Assembly: GCF_905237075.1 (NCBI RefSeq)
Contig: NW_026136706.1
Span: 24,783,935 to 24,847,934 of the forward strand
DNA from: Dicentrarchus labrax
Taxonomy: Eukaryota
Length of the DNA stretch: 64,000 nt
Direction of reading: 5' to 3'
The notes under the pieces are model-generated. The model was not told the DNA's origin. It saw only the letters and a program-made list of their open reading frames with translations, and did not search any database. The translations under genes were made by a program, and so were the position numbers. Of the stretch, positions 59,101-64,000 are shown in pieces (position 1 is the stretch's first letter; every line of letters begins with the position of its first letter).

Positions 59101-62100
59101 AGGTATAAACTGCAAGTGCAAAACAATGCATAATTCCTTTTCTTTGTAAAAGTAAGAGCGAAACTATAACCATGTCAACTATGGAAAACAGCCTCATGAC
59201 TCCTATCTTCTTACCTTTTTCATTGTCTGACTTAGGGAAGCCAAAAAGCTGCCACACCGCAGAGTCTTCATGTGTGGCACCGTGTCTTTACATCTTGATA
59301 CAGCTGCTGACGCAAGTGAGAGAGCAAATACATCTGGAATGATAATAGAATTTTGTCTAAATATATACATTTTTTTTTATCAACCTAAAGAAGTGTTGTT
59401 AATTAACAAATCTTCCAAATCTCAAAATGTTTATATATATGATATTAATATATGAGTAAAATGTTCACTGACACTTTTGTATTTGTTGTAGTAACTAAAG
59501 CCTCCTTACATTATATGTCTGAGCAACCACAACCCTTGGTTAAGGTTAGGTAGAGGTCATGATTTTTAGATTAATTCAGTGATTTGAAGCACAAGACAGA
59601 TGTGTTAATTAAAATTGACCAGAAACCACAATCCTATAATTCAGGTACCAATTACATTTCCCTGCCAAACGTACTTGGCAAAACAAATTAGTATATAAAT
59701 GTAATTTCTATAGGAGGTCCCAGTAACTGCTTCCAAAGATCCAGCTTCTATTTGGCAAAATACAGCCATAAGAAATCTGGCAGTTGGTCTCTCCGCCAAC
59801 AAAACGAGTTATAGCAATTCATATTCAATATGTGAATTCAATATAGGATTCAGTTTTGAAATATGCTATTGAACCACAACCTAAGCCTTGAAAGCATATT
59901 CTCTTGCATTTCCTGTTGCATTAACCAAAACAGCACTATGAGTTCAGAGAGGCCAAGAGGAACACGAAGCAGCTTCATACAGCACAGTATCCTATTTTTC
60001 CCCTGTCCCTCCATTAACGACACACCACTTTTCAATTTAGCCCGCACTGTGCCCGAAATAAAAGCATTTCAGGGGACTGATCGATATCCATTGATTGCTA
60101 CAAGATATTTAGTTCATCTATCCTCTTAACTCAGGCTGAAATAAAAGCAGCACTCTGGACCAAGTTGTGTTTTTGTTCTTTCACAACTCAGGCTGTACAA
60201 ACAGACCCTAAGAAATAACCCAGTGGTTTGGTGTGAAATCTGCCCAGTGATTCAGTTCAGCCAAATCAATTTAGTCTGGATTTCTTTGTAAAACACATTA
60301 GAGCACTTTGATTTTTTTTTTTTTCTGTCTTTCAAACCAAATTCTCTGCAGACTCTATGTCCCTCCTCTTTGATGAAAAGCATTCTCATTCAGACTAAAT
60401 ATAGAAGACAGGTTTAGTTCAGCCTCATGGTGCCCTCAAATATCATGAATTTAAAGTACACTTTGGATGGGTGGATTTCAGAAAGGTAACAAGAATTCTT
60501 GGACATTTTCTTGGCTCTGGTTTTCTACAACTGTGATCATGAGGTAACCCCTATCATGTGAGCCCAGTCTAAGACTAAGCCAAAAACCTTCATTTCTGCT
60601 TTCACACCTTTAGTTTGGTTCACTCTTTCTGAAGCTTAGGAGAAAAAAAAGATGCATTGTTGTTGTTAGTTGTAGTCCATTTTGTGTTTACTCAGTCTTG
60701 TTACAAATGAACCAAAAGGAACAAACATAGTCTTTACAGACTGAGAAGTAATTCATTCATCATCTGTATTCTTATTCGGCACTTGTGCTTTTTGGGTTTA
60801 TTTGTTCTCTCTGGTCATCACAAAGAGCTCACTAAGAAATTAAGTATAATCAAAATGGGAAAATAAGGAAAATCCCATGAGATCACACAATTAGCAGATG
60901 GATTTAATAGTAGTTTATTATTGGAATTCATGCTAAAATCACTTATCCACTATCACAGTCTTGTGGCTGGCCTGCTCTGTTTTTCACACCACAAACGAAC
61001 CCAGCCAGTATCAATCAAACTATATGGACAAATGCCACAGAGTGCAGCTGAAGCCTACCACACAGGTTAGGTGTGAAAGCAAACTAGAGCTACCGAAATG
61101 AGCTAAAAGGTTAGCTTTCTCCTTCTCTTTGGACTCCCCCTAGTGTGTCCCACAGCCTTATAGGTCAGCCCGGTGAACAGTGAGTGCTATTCATCATCGG
61201 AGTGGACCCTATTAGGCCCTTATAGACAGCCCTGATGTGGTGTTAATAGCAAATTCCAAGGTCAATAATGGCCAAACAGAACAGTAATTCCTTACCTATA
61301 TTTTGTATAAATAGCAATGAGAGCTGAGGTCATAAGAAATATATTACACCAAGTGCATTACATGGTCAGCAAATGGGGGATTAAACTAAACCACATTAGA
61401 AATGTGTTATTTTCAGCAACTCAGCCTCAAAGAAGAGTCCTGTCCTTTTTATATATCAGCCTTTACAGCAAGCAGACACTCTCAGGCTCATGAGATGCAC
61501 AAGAGATAAATCCAGCATGGAGAGTGCTGTTCAGCATTCCCTGATCTTTTCCTTCTTCATAAGCTCTAAAAAGAAAGATCTAAAAGAAGAAATACTGCAC
61601 TCATCTGCGACCCCCTCACCTACCGAGTATACTTTCTTTAAACAGCCCTCCTACATACCTCCACAAAAAACCTTTTTATCCTGCGGCGATGGATGTGTAC
61701 GTATCTACTATGCTGACGCTTTTAGCAGAAAGGCTTTCTTGGACAGCTGCAGGCACCCATGTTTTTTGTATATGTGTCTGTGTTAACTTGTGTACTGTAT
61801 CTGAAGAGACTATGAAGTACTTGTCAGAGTGAAAAATCATTGATTATATTTCATGTCATTCACTGCTGATAGTGAATAACAGATAAAGTCAAAAGATGAA
61901 CTACCATATTCACTGTAGTTTAGCCTTTATGTTTTTGTTTCCTTACAATGAGTTCTTTTTATCTCTAGACGCTGCATCACATTGATGGAGGCCGCCATGT
62001 TGAACTGCCATTTTTCTACAGTAGCCCAGAACGGACAAACCAAACACAGGCTCTAGATAGGGCTGTTTACGTTTTTGTGCATTTTGCAGCCCCCATAGTT

Positions 62101-64000
62101 TGGCGCTGGGAAGGGGAGGTGAAGCAAGTAAGTTTTAATCTGCAACTGCACCGCTAGATAAAATCCTACACACTGGACCTTTGGGCTGAATGCTAACCTT
62201 CTCACAGTGACAATGCTAGTGTGCTGATGCTAGACAGCTGTATGTTCATCATCTTAGATCAGTGTGTTAACATTGCATCGCAACATCGCTAATTTGCGCT
62301 GCACAAAGTGCAAATGAGGCTCATGGGAATGTCACTTTTATGCAGGTGTTTGGTTGTATAGGAAATTTACATTTTGACCTGATGATGGTGCTAGGTAAAG
62401 TCGTCAAAGTAATTACAGTTCATCTTGGGGACATGAATGTGTGTACCAAAAGTCATGGCAATCCACCCATCTGATATTTGATACTTTTTAGTACAAACCA
62501 CTATTATGAACCTCACTGTGTCTAAAAGTCAGGGGAAGTCATCTGGGAACCATGAATGCCTGCACAAAATTTTGTGACAATTCAGCCAGTAGATGTTTAG
62601 ATATAGTATTCCAATGGGTGAGTGGAAAGTTTGACCTGCTTGGTGGCATTGGAAGAAAAGTCAGGAGATCACAACAGTCATTAGGATCCATTACTTGGGC
62701 TCAATTGAGATCTGTGCCAAATTTTAAGGCCATCCATCCAAGTAGGTGTCACATTTCTGTTAGCGTGGCTAAAAATGTATATATTTAATAACACTTAAAT
62801 AAACAAAATAATAAACTGTGTTCTTTACTGTATTTAATGTATTTGATTATACTTTGGATTCATCAGTATAATTTGTACTCTCAGGCATTGTAAGGCAATG
62901 CTATCCTAGAAATGTATTTTCTACAATGTCTTACAAGATGTGTTGGTGGGGGTTTACATTGTCTGTCTTTCTTTACCAAATCCACAATATACACAGTATA
63001 TAAATGAAACCTTTCCAAACTCTGGCTTTGTTGTCTTTTCAAAGTGAACCATATGAGGCTAAATTCCCTGACTAAACACAATCAGTTTGTCTTCTTCCAG
63101 TGTTATCAAAGTGTTACAAACTGATTTGGGAGCAGTGAATCCCCAGGGTCTCTGTGTGCAGACGCTGTTCTTTCTAAAACTTTGATTTGCCTTTACAGCA
63201 AATATTACCTACAAATCTCACGTAACTCTCTGCAGAGGAATTCCTCCAGTTGATTGCTTTTAATTCTTTTACAAAAGGTTTGAGGCAATTTTAATAAAGT
63301 GTGACTAAACCCTTTCCAGTGGGATTTTACCTCCAAAGCTTTGTTTCAGCAGAAGCATTGCAAGATAGAATAAAGACGGCGAAAAGCACTTTGATAGTGT
63401 TCTTCTAGGCTCATGAAAGGTACACTGTAAAACATTTCAAGCTGGTTCAACTTTGAGTTCCCTTGGCGCATTAAAAACAAGAGTAACCTCAACATGAAGG
63501 CAACCTTTGTTTCAACTCCAAAAGCACAGGAAAAAAGTTCTGACTCCTGTACAATTCCAGTCATGCTTGGTGTACAGTTTGTTTACTCAGATGCTCAGGT
63601 TTATACTTTTAGGCCCACAAGTACCTGATCTTGTGTCTTTTATTTGTTCTTTTAGATCAGGCAATTTAAGACTTTTACTTTTCAGCGATTCTCCAAATTC
63701 TGCTCTGTGTCTTTCTGCCCTGTGCATATCTACACCAGTGATTCTGTTTCAACCCATCCTGCTTATTCTGGTTATGTCTTTTCCATAATTCAGTGACTTC
63801 CCGTTTTGCATGTGGAAACTGTAAGCAAAGAGAATCTGAGCTCAAAGGTCTAATTACTACACGTAGCTCAAGCGAGACAGTCCTCAAAAGACAAAAACAG
63901 TATTTGTTGCATGTTCAAAACCCTAATATGCCTTCTGTTTGTGTTAACTTGTGAAGGATCATGAACAGTATGAAGTGTGTTGAAGAAAAGTAGGAGGTTG

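Noticed and set aside
1-64000. Prokaryote-style features: operons, CRISPR arrays, rho-independent terminators, rRNA or tRNA genes
   Set aside because: The sequence has eukaryotic intron-exon structure and vertebrate-type microsatellites and transposons. No tRNA cloverleaf-like or rRNA-like segments were recognised by eye. A tRNAscan or Infernal run would be needed for certainty.

Overview
This is vertebrate nuclear DNA, most likely from a teleost fish. The evidence is spliceosomal GT-AG introns, abundant (CA)n microsatellites and interspersed repeats, and the absence of prokaryotic operon structure. All coordinates are read by eye and are good to about +/-2 nt.

Two gene systems fill the window.

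(1) Bases 1-15.5 kb hold a cluster of type II transmembrane C-type lectin receptor genes with a six-exon layout: cytoplasmic tail, transmembrane (TM), coiled-coil neck, then three C-type lectin domain (CTLD) exons. The CTLDs carry a QPD motif and a WND motif, so they resemble the asialoglycoprotein receptor and macrophage galactose lectin family rather than the mannose-type EPN lectins.
- Copy A is on the minus strand at 657-2307 and runs off the 5' edge of the window; it has a 1-nt frame disruption in its first CTLD exon.
- Copy B is a complete plus-strand gene at 3359-8108.
- Copy C is a complete minus-strand gene at 11382-15479.
- Copies A and B sit head-to-head as an inverted duplication with a mirrored promoter.
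- A decayed exon-1 relic of a fourth copy lies at about 10.6 kb.

(2) Bases 18.77-40.5 kb hold a complete minus-strand ortholog of PARP4, the vault poly(ADP-ribose) polymerase. I resolved 35 coding exons with the expected BRCT, PARP catalytic, VIT, VWA and proline-rich domain order, and alignment to human PARP4 is strong throughout.

The main observations for the hunt are:
- A piggyBac-like TTAA-flanked non-autonomous element sits in lectin B intron 2.
- An element flanked by an 8-bp direct repeat (TATAGTTC), with ~300-bp foldback arms and a 43-bp minisatellite, sits in a PARP4 intron.
- A (TG)~40 tract replaces the polypyrimidine tract at one PARP4 3' splice site.
- A (TGTC)n tract starts at one PARP4 5' splice site.
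- A (GT)n tract sits at the same intronic position in both lectin paralogs.
- All lectin copies share an out-of-frame upstream ATG 5 nt before the start codon.
- A frameshifted coiled-coil pseudogene-like segment is bracketed by ~310-bp direct repeats and ends in a telomere-like CCCTAA x3.

I found no convincing coding exons in 45-64 kb. No rRNA, tRNA or CRISPR features were recognised.
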